A DNA stretch of 63,728 nucleotides, the filler included, from Octopus bimaculoides (lineage: Eukaryota): the NCBI RefSeq assembly GCF_001194135.2. It is 6 parts of 6 records of this genome, joined end to end, with 100 filler letters (N's around TTAATTAATTAA, not from the genome) between each part and the next. Parts side by side here need not be neighbours in the genome. Positions count along the whole stretch, not along the records: positions 1 to 19,527 come from NC_068994.1; positions 19,628 to 33,583 come from NC_068991.1; 4 more parts are not named here. One strand, written 5' to 3'. The translations under genes were made by a program, and so were the position numbers. Below the pieces are notes generated by a model, which ran no database searches, was not told the origin of the DNA, and saw only the letters and a list, made by a program, of their open reading frames with translations. The number at the start of each line of letters is the position of its first letter. Within the stretch, counting starts at the first letter, position 1. Shown here piece by piece: positions 13,575 through 24,763 of the stretch.

Positions 13575-14110
13575 GAGAGACCAGTGTATGCCATCAAAGT
13601 GACACTGGGGTAAAATATATGAAGCCCAATATACCCATCATGACTACCTAAGTACTAAGGGTACACCAAGCACATGCATCACAACCACATGTGCGCCACA
13701 TGGTGATCTCATATCAAGATAAACAGTGCATGACCTTGCAGTGGGGTCTAGTTAGAATTTTATTCAGGTCGAGTAGCCCATCCCGCTCAAAAGGTCCCTG
13801 AATAAGGGTTGTTTAAGGATGTTGAACGAAACACCCATGTTTCCAGAGGTGAATTATTCAAACCCCAAAGAGTTCCTCTCAACACATGGCCATGATACTC
13901 CCCCACTACTTCTGCTCCTGATCAGAGATGCACATATCGTCAGCCACCAAGGGACATGCTCAACTGGTTAAAGTCAAACAACTGACAAGTAAATCTGTGA
14001 TATTGAGCAGAATATTTGCTGCAGCCCATCTTTTATACAAAAACAAAACAATGTAGATGATAACACTTCCAGTCAGTTAAGATGAGAAGCCATGAGAGCC
14101 ACTGCCTGGT
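13575..14110. repeat. Unclassified element of about 540 bp bounded by (ATT)n tracts
   Basis: Complex non-coding block flanked on both sides by ATT microsatellite; class not determined. Confidence 0.4.
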
Positions 14111-14149
14111 ACTGCATCCGGGCATCAATTATTATTATTATTATTATTG

Positions 14150-14320
14150 TTTTCAGTCGTGTTTGTTTGTTTGTCCATGGACAAGATATCTCAAGAACTG
14201 CTGGATGGATTCAGATGAAATTTTCAGGGATGTTTGGCCTCATGACTGGTATGAACTGATTAGATTTTAGGATCGATCCGGTACCAGACATGGATTCTGG
14301 ATTATTTTTACTGTTTTATT
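14150..14320 (+). mobile_element. Helentron/DINE-like non-autonomous element fragment
   Basis: (GTTT)n start followed by GATATCTCAAGAACTGCTGGATGGATTCAGATGAAATTTTCAGG, a pattern typical of HINE-type elements (recall, not searched). Confidence 0.45.
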
Positions 14321-14599
14321 TTTACTTAATTTTTGAGAGGTCAGGTTCATTTTTAGTGTTCTTGTTTGTGAGACTGAAACAAATAAAAGAATATATATAT
14401 ATATATATATACAAATATATATATGCTGTTCATTTCAGTAAGACTTCATGTTTCTATGCAATACTCATTATTATAACGAGTATATTGTTTAATTGATCAG
14501 TCAACTTGAATACTCAGAGTGGAAACAGATGGAAGAATGATGGGGCGTGTGTGTGTGTGTGTGCTTCATTACTTTGTGGTCTGGCATCAGCAGCGATGG

Positions 14600-15770
14600 T
14601 GTGAAGATTGTGAGAGAGAGAGAGATAGGGGGGAGGCAAAAAGACCAACGGAGGGAGTAAACAGAAGGGTAAGAGTGGGAGGAAGTGTATGAAACAGCAG
14701 TCATTATATATATAGAGAGAGAGAGAGAGGGGCTGAGGAGATGCTTAGTGTAAGGGAGAGAGTGGGAGGAGAAATTGTGTGAGTGCAGTAAAATATTGAG
14801 GGAGAGTAGGAGACAGAGTAGAGTAACAATGTGAGGGTGATGGTGGGGAAGTATAGAGAGATAGTGAGGGAGTATGCAGGAGGGAAAGAGGATAGAGTTA
14901 GTGAGAGAGGAAGTGAAACGTGAATGGTGGTAAGAGGGAGAGAGAGAGAAGGAGAGAAATTGAATGAGAGGACAGTAGTTGTAGTATGAGAAGGAAGAGG
15001 TAAGAAACAGTGGAAGGAAATGGAAGATTGCAGCAGACAGGGAGAAAGAAAGAAGGGGAAAGAGAAGAAGCAGAGGGTGACAGAAGGGTATAGGAGGAAG
15101 GGGAGGAGACAATAGTGGAGAAAGGGGAGGGTAAAGAATAATGGGTGTTAGTGAGAGAGAGAGAGAGAGAGAGTGGTGGAGTGGAAGAAAGTGTAAGACT
15201 ACAGGTATCAGAGAAAGGGGGAAAATAAGGTGGGTGGAGAAATAGAAGGAAAGAGAATGAGAAGAAGACGAAAAGAGATTTTGAGTAGAGAGAGAGAGAG
15301 AGAAAGAGAAGAGATGGAATGAGAGAGAATGAGTGAGTAGGGAAGGGTAATAGTGTAATGGGGAGGAATGAGTAGGAGAAATGGAGATTTCAGAGGAAAG
15401 ATAGAGAGGAAGACAGAAGGGGAGGAATGGGGAGAGAGAGAAAGAGAGAGGTGTGAGGGGGGAGTTGAAGAGGATATTGTAATAGGTTGGAGGGAGAGAT
15501 ATGGGGGAGAGTGTGAGAGTGGGTGCAGTTGGAGTAGAAATGGTTTGAGTAGAGAAAGAGGGGGAATGGAGGGACAGTGGGAGAGGAGTTAAGATAAAGA
15601 GTAACAGAAGAGAGAGAGAGAAAAATGAAGTGTAGAAATAGAAAGAGTCAGACGAAGGAGATGAGAGAGAAAGAGTGAGAGTGGATGGAAATAGGGAAGA
15701 GGAAAGTGTAAAGTAGAAATAGAAATGGTGCAACTGGAGAGAGGGGGGAAGAGAGAGAGAACCTAGCAAC
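14600..15770. repeat. 1.2-kb polypurine (GA-rich) low-complexity tract
   Basis: Direct reading; source of the 426-aa S/L/P/F-rich minus-strand ORF. Confidence 0.9.
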
Positions 15771-16372
15771 CTTCTGACCACAGATACTGCAAATTCATTT
15801 TACTTAGTTCAAATGTTGTGGTGGTGGAGGTGGTGGTGGTGGTCAAGTCGTCGTCATCATGGTGATGGTGATGATGCTGGTGGTGGTGGTGGAGTTGAAA
15901 GACACCTCATTGATACACCACTGTTGTGGGGATGGATTTAAGGTCTCAGTTTAGGGAGTCAAGTCAGTTGTTAGTTTGGTGTGAAGTGTTTAAGGTTGTA
16001 TGGAGGCCCTAGGTGGGAATAGGCACAAGTGAGGTATCATCTGAGAAGTGGGATGTTGTTATGGAGAACGAGAACCATGGGGCCTCTCTGAAGGGATAGA
16101 TTGTGGACCAGAGGGATCTCCATCAACACTTAGTGCAATAGGGCAACAATTTGACAAGAAATTCCTAATCCAAGTGACAAAAGATGGACGAAGGCCACAG
16201 ATGGTCAGTTCTGACTGAGAGATTCACTTGCAGATAGCTTTACTGATGTTGAGGTCAAAGGTACTGCTTTTACCGAATTTCTCAAGGGCAAAAGACCACT
16301 GATGAGTGACACAGAAGTAAGGTCAGCATTGTGTCCAGCTTAATGAAAGCAGTCTTGGAAAGGGAAGGCATT

Positions 16373-16408
<36 letters not shown>

Positions 16409-18214
16409 AAAAGAGAGAGAGAAAAAGAGAAAGAGAGAGAGAGAGATTGAATGTCTCTTCGTGGAGATGGTTTTTATTAATGGCTGTTTTGATATTGGAG
16501 ATGATTAAGATTATTGGCTGGGTCTCAGGAGTTGCCTGTCTTGGGAATGAGACTGTGATACACACACACACACACACATAAAGAGAAATAGAGAGAGACA
16601 GGCAGACAGAAAGGAAGCGATAAAGACAATGAGAGAGAAAGGGAGACAGACAGCTTTGGCAAGTTTGGATTTAGTACAAAAGTACATTGTTTAGGGCAAA
16701 TGGAAGGGATATTATAAGGGCTGGGAAGCAATGAGAAATATTTGCATTTTTCATGGAAAGGTGTGCAGCATAAGGAACTAGGGGGGAAAGAACTAGTTTT
16801 GTCAGAGAATGACCAATTGCATGCAGTGTTGGACTTGGAGGTAAAGACAATAGCAAAAGTTGGGATCAAATGTTTTACAGAACTGGCATGGTTGAGAAGT
16901 GAAGCAAAGAAAGATTGTAGCAGTTTGTGAGAAATCCATTTTTGTAATGGACCCAAAGGATCCATTTGTAGGTTTGGAAAACAGGATTGCTTATGTTGCA
17001 TTAAGACATCCTTCACAGTTTGGACAATGATCTTGCAGATATTGCAGAGCTGAGGTAGAGAGTATGAATTGGTCAATCATTCCCCCCCCCCCCCGAGTGT
17101 TGTTTGTGTGAACAATTGCAGCTGAGGTGCGAGTGAAGAACTTGCTGTGTATGAGATGTAGAGATACTTGCCTAAGATGATGGTTTCACTCAACCATGTA
17201 ACTGTTTCTGATTGGTCAGCAATGGAACACGTGTGTGGCCAAGAATAGTTAACACAGAGTTGGCAGAGCTCAGACTGATCAGCCAAGGGCCAAGGAGAAT
17301 TCCCTACCCTGCAGGTAGGGACTTGTGGAGGGTCAGGGTGATAGCATTAAATATTAAAAGAATGAAGATGTTAGCCAGGGGTTAGGGTGCAGTTGCTAAC
17401 ATTGTTGTTCTGGTTGTTTCAAAACTAGGTCAGTCCTAATTGAGCAATCCTATGAGAAAAGACATTCCATCTATGACCACCCTGTCTTTTCTTAATATAC
17501 AGGAAATCCGAGGCCCCATTATCCAGCAGATTAGGGTGAGGGTTAATGGGAGTTTGGTTGTCATTTCTAGCCAGTTGAAGGAGAACCCCTTCTCTCATTG
17601 GATTGGTGGTGGTGGTGGTGGTGGGGGTGACGCTATTGCTATGCAATATATTAACTTCAAATCCCCTCTCCCCATATACTGCACTCCTCCACCCTCAACC
17701 ACCAGTTCTAACCCGTCACCCCACCACCATCACAGTTTGGAACAAAATCCCATTGGTTTCCTCTGTGTGTATGCATCTGTATGTGTAAGTGTGTGGGTGT
17801 GTGTGTACATATGTGTGCTTGTGTCTCTATGAATATGTTTATGTATGTATATGCACGTGTGTATGTGTATTATGTTTGTGTGTGTCTATGCATGTGTGTG
17901 TGTGTTCTGTCCCCCTTGGTCCAGTCCCAGCTGGTCACTACTGGACTTGTCCAGTCACAACTGACCTACATTACTCTCTCTAATGTCCACTTACACTGTA
18001 ATTAGGAGAATGGGGGAGGGGACGGTGGTTGGTGCAGTGGCGTTGTTATCTGGACGGTGGGGGGGGGGTATCTGGAATGTTGTTGTTGTTGGTGGTGGTG
18101 GTAGTTTTGATGGTGAGGGGTAATGGTGGGGGATGTAGTAATGGCGGTGTAGACAACAGAAGAGGTTGATATGATGTAGTTTACATATTTCAGGTTTTTT
18201 ATGTATTTTAACCT

Positions 18215-18545
18215 ATTTTAGCCTATAGTATAAATATATTAGCCTATAGTTTAGATATTTAGCCTATAGTTTAGGTATTTTGCCTATAGTTTAGATATTT
18301 TTGCCTATAGTATAAATATTTTGCCTAGTTTAGCCTATAGTATAAATATTTTGCCTATAGTTTAGATATTTTGACCTATTGTTTAGATTTTTTTGCCTAT
18401 AGTTTAGATGTTTTAGCCTATAGTATAAATATTTCAACCTGTAGTATAAATATATTTAGCCTATAGTTTAGATATTCTAGCCTGTAGTATAAATATATTA
18501 GCATGTATTTTATATATTTTATCCTGTAATTTAGATATTTTAGTC
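18215..18545. repeat. Minisatellite with a unit of about 20-22 bp (TTTAGCCTATAGTTTAGATAT / TTTAGCCTATAGTATAAATATA)
   Basis: Roughly 15 degenerate tandem units. Confidence 0.9.
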
Positions 18546-18572
18546 TATATTACATATATGTGTGTGTATACA

Positions 18573-18612
<40 letters not shown>

Positions 18613-18624
18613 TANNNNNNNNNN

Positions 18625-18682
<58 letters not shown>

Positions 18683-19144
18683 TGTAACAAACTGAGGAAA
18701 AGAAATCTTTCAAAGGGGTGTGTTAAATATCCATTTCTCTGGTACTTCAGTTGGATACCATATAAAAATGGGTATAATTCAATAATAAAGTTATATTAAA
18801 TATAGAGATATTCTATTGACAATTCAATAATTCACTTACATTACAATATAACATTAGAAACTACGAATATGATATATAACATAACATAATATTATATAAA
18901 TAATTATAAAAACTGTCAAAGACTAACAAATTGTTTCAACTTATATATATTGTTTCTAATATACATAAGCACAGTTCCATAAGTCACTTCAGGGTCCTTG
19001 GTTCAGAAAGACGAAATCCCGTCTAAAAGGACAGCTGGGTTGTAAAAATTAATTCAAATCTCTGTTGGCCTTTTATGGTTTTTATAATTATTTATGTTCT
19101 ATAAAATTATGTTGTTATATATAATATTCATAGTATTTAATGTA

Positions 19145-19527
19145 ATCATCATCATCATCATCATCGTCGTTTAACATCCGCTTTCCATGCTAGCATGGGT
19201 TGGACGATTTGACTGAGGACTGGTGAAACCGGATGGCAACACCAGGCTCCAGTCTGATTTGGCAGAGTTTCTACAGCTGGATGCCCTTCCTAACGCCAAC
19301 CACTCAGAGAGTGTAGTGGGTGCTTTTACGTGTCACCCACACGAAAACGGCCACGCTCGAAATGGTGTCTTTTATGTGCCACCCGCACAAGCCAGTCCAG
19401 GGGCACTGGCAACAATCTCGCTCGAAAATCCTACGGGAGCCAGTCAGGCGGTACTGGCAACGGCCACGCTCAAAATGGTGCATCTCATGTGCCACCCGCA
19501 CAAGAACCAGTCCAGGGGCACTGGCAA
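19145..19527 (-). mobile_element. RTE-clade LINE 3' UTR and (GAT)n tail
   Basis: Same sequence as the 3' end of the RTE at 35.8-36.3 kb. Confidence 0.85.
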
Positions 19528-19571
19528 NNNNNNNNNNNNNNNNNNNNNNNNNNNNNNNNNNNNNNNNNNNN

Positions 19572-19583
19572 TTAATTAATTAA
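19572..19583. other. Assembly linker TTAATTAATTAA inside N gaps (also 33628, 43637, 56834, 61495)
   Basis: Identical palindromic six-frame-stop 12-mer centred in N runs at five places. Confidence 0.95.
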
Positions 19584-19675
19584 NNNNNNNNNNNNNNNNN
19601 NNNNNNNNNNNNNNNNNNNNNNNNNNNATATATATATATATATATATATATATAAGTAATATTTATTGCAATTTC

Positions 19676-19949
19676 AACATGGCTGTTCCGTAGAAACCGA
19701 CGTTACTACCGTTTTCAACCTCATGAGGAAGCCTCCTTCAGCTGGTTATCGACGCAATTTGCACCCGATATATATTGCAAGCAGGGAAGCGAACCCCACC
19801 ATCTTCCAGCGACGACGGGACCGCCAGACGGTCTGGTGATCCCGCTGTCGCTGGAAGATAGTAGGGGTTCGCCCCCCAGCTTGCAATATATAACGAGTGC
19901 AGATTGCATCGATAACCAGCTGCTCAGTTCCTACGGGCACAGCCATGTT
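19676..19949. repeat. GC-rich foldback (rod-like palindrome), unclassified MITE-like element
   Basis: Arms pair from AACATGGCTGT/ACAGCCATGTT to the apex CCAGA-CGG-TCTGG at 19824-19836; left arm carries an extra block of about 40 nt. Confidence 0.85.
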
Positions 19950-20088
19950 AAAGTGGCGATAAACTAAACATTACTTTTCAGTATAGATATTACTGTCATC
20001 TCTTATAAAGATTTTCTAACAAGCTACTTTGCTTCTATATATATATATATATAATATGAACTTGTATTTATCTGTATCTCCTGATATA

Positions 20089-21022
20089 TTAGGTTAGAAA
20101 GAAACGAAATTCTTGTCGTATTTGAAGGTAGTTGAGAAACAAATATTTTTCGCTTTTAATTGATATGAGATCTTTATTATCGTATAAGAGCAACATCCCT
20201 TTACGATTGACCAATGATAGGCGCATTTTCTTCAAATTTTTGAGCAGTACTTCCAATTAACGACAATACGTTTCTGCATTAACTGTTTCGTTTTGGTTTA
20301 AAACTACACGATAGACAATATCCTTCATGTCCTACCAAATACAGAGCGTATATTTTTTTCGAGTGTTGTCCTGGTTTGGGGATGGACTCCACTTTTTCAT
20401 TGAGTGCTGACCATTGTCGTTTCCGCTGGATATGATTATAGAGAGCTCACTTTTCATTACTAGTGATAACTCTACCCAGGAGAGGTTCGGTAGCAAGTCT
20501 ACTCTTCTGTGACGAGTAGAGAGTAACATTTGTTATTGAGAAGCAGTGAGATGACACCGGGCCCACCGATCTAGTGTAGACAATTTTCTGATTTCACGAA
20601 CGCGTTTTAGGATCGAAGTGTATCTAGAATTGAACTGCTTTGCTAATTCTCGTGCAGTTTGCTCTCGATTTTCGTCGACTACGGTTTTCAGAAGCTCAGT
20701 ATGTAGAGAACTTGGTCGTCTCCATCGAGAGGAATGCGTGAAAGAAAAAATTTCTGAGTAAAACTGGCCGAACCGTCGTTAGTATGTCTAGACACTTACA
20801 GCTTCGTTTGCATAGACAGAACGAATACGTCTTGTCGTTTACACTTCTGAAGAGGCTCCTTTGAATTCATACAGGATACAATGTCTGATAGCCGTCTGGT
20901 CTAAAATCATTTTAAAAGAGTAAAATCAATACGGATTTAATCACTGCGGTATAAAGTAATTTGTAAAGGAAGGGAAACAAATATTATAACGTAAAAACGA
21001 ATGCTTATTTTACCGTAACTGA
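20089..21022 (-). mobile_element. Decayed mariner transposon
   Basis: From ATG at 20910: IRHCILYEFK..., QTARELAKQF, GRVITSNEK*ALYNHIQRKRQW...PKPGQHSKK, LCIW*DMK, KGMLLLYDN; TIR-like TTAGGTT after TA at 20089. Confidence 0.85.
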
Positions 21023-21417
21023 TCATGCTAAAAATGCGTCAGAAGTTCCTTTCCGACCTAATATGCACACATACACACACGCACATGAGTCTTCGTATAT
21101 CTCATGCAGCGTGTTTGTACAGTGTGGGTTGAATGAAGATGTAGTTATGTAGGATGTACTCAAGTATACACTTATAGCAAAAGACAAGTGGTCGGATAGA
21201 TGTATAGGCAATCATGGATGCGTACACGATAAAATAAAATAAACGTTGGCTGGAAGTTTTGTTGCCTGTATAAACGTTATTGTTTATCCTGTGAAGTCAT
21301 ACGGGCTACAATGCGTCGTCAGACAGACTGAATTCTGTATTTGTCGATAAGTTGAGATTTGAGAACGTGTGCCTACATTATTTTATTGTTAGAAGAGACT
21401 ACTAAATGGTAGTTTAT

Positions 21418-22012
21418 AAAGCAAGTTTCTCTAATAACCCTAAATGCAGGTTAATCCACCCCACCAAAACCGAATTTGACTCAGATAACCAATATATTAT
21501 GGATTATTCTATGCTCGGAATAAAAGACGTGATTTTTCTCCAATTTGGGAACAATAGTAGGACTGTAAAACAATAGTTTAGCGGTATTAACGACAAATAG
21601 CATTGCAAATTTATGCACTTTGATATTAAAGAGTTTTGTTCAATAACCCAATAACTAAACCTCATCTCAAAGCTTTCGCTCTCGTCAACAGCATCGTACA
21701 AATCAATGAATCTCATATTAATATAATTATTCGCAAATGGCGACTCCTTTTGGTTTTCGATAACTTGTCCTGGCTAAAAAATAAATAGACGAATTGTTCT
21801 GATGTTTTAACAGGATCATACGATGGGGTGGAATTATGCGAAATCATTAGAATCTATATCTATTGCGTAAAAGATATTTTTTCTTCGTTGGAAGTTTGTA
21901 GAATAACGATGGTCTTTTAAATTCACCCAGTTTGAACCATGATGAATTAGACTTAAAAAGTCATCATAAAATTATTTAAGTAAGAGAAGTTTACGAATTA
22001 CAGTCGAAGTTT
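21418..22012 (+). mobile_element. Penelope-like element reverse transcriptase remnant
   Basis: Blocks NNPKCRLIHPTKTE, CKFMHFDIKEF, DVLTGSYDGVELCEII (GSYDG 21813-21827) and a degenerate DDGL; many stops and frameshifts. Confidence 0.85.
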
Positions 22013-22039
22013 ATCTTAGTATAGCCACAGGATAAAATT

Positions 22040-22445
22040 TTGCGGACATGGTAGTGTGGTTAAGAAGACCACTCTGCAACCATGTGGTTTCAGGTTCAGT
22101 TCCATTGCGTAGTATTATTGGCAAATGTCCACTATATCTCTGGGCTGACCAGTGTCTTGTGACATAAATTGTGTTGAAGCCTGTCGTATATATATATATA
22201 GACGTATGTATGTGTGTGTGTGTGTGCGTGCGTGCGTGCGAGCGTGTGCGATTGTGTTTGTTTCTCACTGCTGGACTACCGGTGTTGATTTGTTTACAAT
22301 CCCGTAACTTAGCGGTTAGGCAATAGAGACCGATAAAAAAATATCAAATAAGAAAACTAAGTACTGGGGTCAGTTTGTTCGACTAAACCCTTCAAAGCGG
22401 CACCCCAGCATGGTTGCAGTCCAATGGCTGAATCGAGTAAAAGAT
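22040..22445 (+). mobile_element. tRNA-derived CORE-type SINE with internal (TA)(TG) tract
   Basis: GTAGTGTGGTTAAG (A box), GGTTCAGTTCC (B box), family 3' half ...CCCCAGCATGGTTGCAGTCCAATGGCTGAA. Confidence 0.85.
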
Positions 22446-22559
22446 TACTCGAAACCTGATGACAGACTATTCTATTCTTTTAGTCTTTTAATCTTTTATG
22501 CGTTTCAGCTCAAAGGCTATGGCCATGCAGGGGCACCGCCAGTGTTATCATCTTTCCAA

Positions 22560-22715
22560 TGGCCATTCTTATGCGATTGACTTTTGGTGAAGGAGAGAGT
22601 TCCATATTGCTGCCTTCTTTTGGGTCACTTGGCGTGATTAAGGATCATCAGGAACTTCGGACAGCAGGAGGTCAAGCCGTTTCTTGAAAACATCTACATA
22701 GATGAAAACATCTGT
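22560..22715 (-). mobile_element. CR1-type LINE 3' end fragment
   Basis: Translation VDVFKKRLDLLLSEVPDDP, typical of CR1-group C-termini. Confidence 0.55.
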
Positions 22716-22820
22716 GTATTTACAGTTCTATATTTGAGAGATGAGGAATTATGTACATTATTTACATTATTTACATTAGTTACATTTGACGGATATTTGT
22801 CCTCATCTTGTTTGTTTTTA

Positions 22821-22864
22821 ACACAACGTTTCGGCTGATATACTCTCCAGCCTTCTTCAGGTGT
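22821..22864 (-). ncRNA. Minimal type I hammerhead ribozyme motif (family C, left arm)
   Basis: ACAC-CTGAAGA-A-GGCTG-gagagtatat-CAGCC-GAAAC-GTT|GTGT; intact core, 5-bp stem II, palindromic AACGTT stem III. Confidence 0.8.
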
Positions 22865-22946
22865 CCTGGGGAAATTTCGAACTTGGGTTCTCATTCCTAA
22901 GGTAATTTTTTCGATGTTATTATTATTGTTATTGTTGTTGTTGTTG

Positions 22947-22994
<48 letters not shown>

Positions 22995-23014
22995 CCACTA
23001 CGCCATATGCCCGT

Positions 23015-23085
23015 GGGCATACAGCATAGTGGTTAAGAGCACGGGCTACTAACCCCAAGATTCCGAGCTCGATTCCGGGCAGTGA

Positions 23086-23086
<1 letters not shown>
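23015..23086 (+). mobile_element. tRNA-like (Ser-type anticodon loop) Pol III head of the HHR-bearing element
   Basis: CAGCATAGTGGTTAAG (A-box-like), GGG-CT-ACT-AA-CCC anticodon-arm-like hairpin, GCTCGATTCC (B-box-like), then (AAT)n. Confidence 0.7.
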
Positions 23087-23144
<58 letters not shown>

Positions 23145-23213
23145 GCAATAACAACAACAACAACATCGAAAAATACCTTAGAAATGAGAACCCAGGTTCG
23201 AGATTCCCTCAGG

Positions 23214-23257
23214 ACACCTGAAGAAGGCTGGAGGGTATATCAGCCGAAACGTAGTGT
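23214..23257 (+). ncRNA. Minimal type I hammerhead ribozyme motif (family C, right arm)
   Basis: ACAC-CTGAAGA-A-GGCTG-gagggtatat-CAGCC-GAAAC-GTA|GTGT; predicted cleavage after 23253. Confidence 0.85.
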
Positions 23258-23284
23258 TAACAACGAACAAAATGAGGACAAATA

Positions 23285-23385
23285 TAGTAGAAGACACTTG
23301 TCCAAGGTGCCACGCAGTGGGACTGAACCTGGAACCATGTGGTTGGTAAGCAAGCTACTTACCACACAGCCACCCCTACGCTTAC
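23285..23385 (-). mobile_element. CORE-type SINE 5' portion truncating the HHR element
   Basis: Reverse complement reads GTGGTAAGTAGCTTGCTTACCAACCACATGGTTCCAGGTTCAGTCCCACTGCGTGGCACCTTGGACAAGTGTCTT. Confidence 0.85.
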
Positions 23386-23679
23386 AGTCCGTCCAAATGA
23401 AATAAAAATGTTTTCATTTACACTTAATCATGTGTTGTTATTTAATACATCTGAATTAGCTGCATATCTTTCATTCAGTTAACTTACGAAATATGATATT
23501 TATTTCGAAAGAGTATATGTAACGTAGAGTGTTAAATACATGGTTGCCATAAAGATGGTGACAAACGATTTAATTATTTTTACATAAAAGTTAAATTTTA
23601 AGAAAAATTCAAGGGTGTTCTATTACACTAAATATTTATTCATTAAGAACAATTCTGAACCACTTAAAACTATTTTTTA

Positions 23680-23700
23680 ACCCGGGCAACGCCGAGTATT
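23680..23700 (+). mobile_element. Helitron-like 3' hairpin remnant
   Basis: ACCCGGGCAACGCCGAGT hairpin; terminal CTAG not retained. Confidence 0.35.
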
Positions 23701-23805
23701 CTTTAATGAGTGTGCGTGTGTGTGTGCGTGCATGAGTGAGTGCGTGCGTGTGTGCACACAACCTTAATAGTTTATGTTAAAGCGAATATATGTATACATA
23801 TACAT

Positions 23806-23911
<106 letters not shown>

Positions 23912-24606
23912 GTATGTATATACGTATGTGTTGTATATACTCATATATACGCGATCTCACTGACACACACACACACACATGTTTTACCAGACTTAATTAT
24001 AAGTCAAAGAGTTTGAACATTTGCATGTTTACTCTGTCTCTAAAAGACAGTTACAAGACATTTGCTGACAGGTGTCAGTCGATGAGCATAAAACAAGAGT
24101 TTCAGCAGATGCTAAGATCAACTAGGTTGTCATCAATGAACGAAACATTTATTTCATTATATATAACTTGTGGTCTGGACTTCTCAACATATAAATTGGT
24201 GTAACTCTTTCTTTTGTGCTATTTAGTTTACAAGCCACTTCCAGTACTGATAAAAATCTTCCCATAAACTTTTAACAGTTATTAATGCAGCAGATGACGT
24301 CCCTAAATCTTCAGCGACATTTTCAAGCAAGACAGTACAACGCGCGGTAGCTCAGCGCACCAAAAGCAGTTCAATCTGCATATATGAGATGTTGTTACAC
24401 ATTGCTGGTCACAATGCGCTTTTGCATTGATTTAGGCTTCAAACGACGCCAGGCCAACATCCTCCATCTCCACCCACCCCCAGATCGAAGGGGGACTGGA
24501 GCAATGACGTGCTTTGCTGAAGAACACCACGCGCCGCCCAGTCAAGGTATCGAACCCATGATCTGGCGACTGTGAGTGCAACAGCCTAACTACTAGACCA
24601 CATGCC

Positions 24607-24647
<41 letters not shown>

Positions 24648-24720
24648 GCGCGCGCATCTTTCTATATATGCATATATATGCATGTATATGTATATATGTA
24701 TGTGTGTGTGTACATACATG

Positions 24721-24763
<43 letters not shown>

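Noticed and set aside
13575-14110. HHR in the ATT-flanked element (minus CTGACGA and a distant GAAAC)
   Set aside because: No closing stem II, and the GAAAC lies within its own hairpin
14501-15781. 426-aa ORF
   Set aside because: Antisense of a GA-rich low-complexity tract; S/L/P/F composition with no domain
18215-18545. CRISPR-like array
   Set aside because: Tandem units without unique spacers, in a eukaryotic context with no cas genes
19572-19583. Recurrent TTAATTAATTAA as a possible biological motif
   Set aside because: Always centred within N runs; an assembly spacer with stops in six frames
19690-19745. HHR-like string in the left-arm insert of the GC-rich palindrome (minus CTGAAGGA...GAAAAC-GGTA)
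   Set aside because: Core spacing is non-canonical and no stem I pairing is seen
20336-20880. Two apparent minus-strand exons (donor at 20799; acceptor 20507 to donor 20335) that splice in frame
   Set aside because: Other frames give clear mariner transposase motifs across the same bases, so the splice signals are coincidental
22640-22690. Possible type II hammerhead on the minus strand (GAAAC...GTC...CTGATGA)
   Set aside because: Stems I and II cannot form, and the bases encode the CR1-type C-terminus
23015-23086. Functional tRNA gene
   Set aside because: Acceptor stem does not close, no T-run terminator, A and B boxes are decayed; it is a SINE-type head
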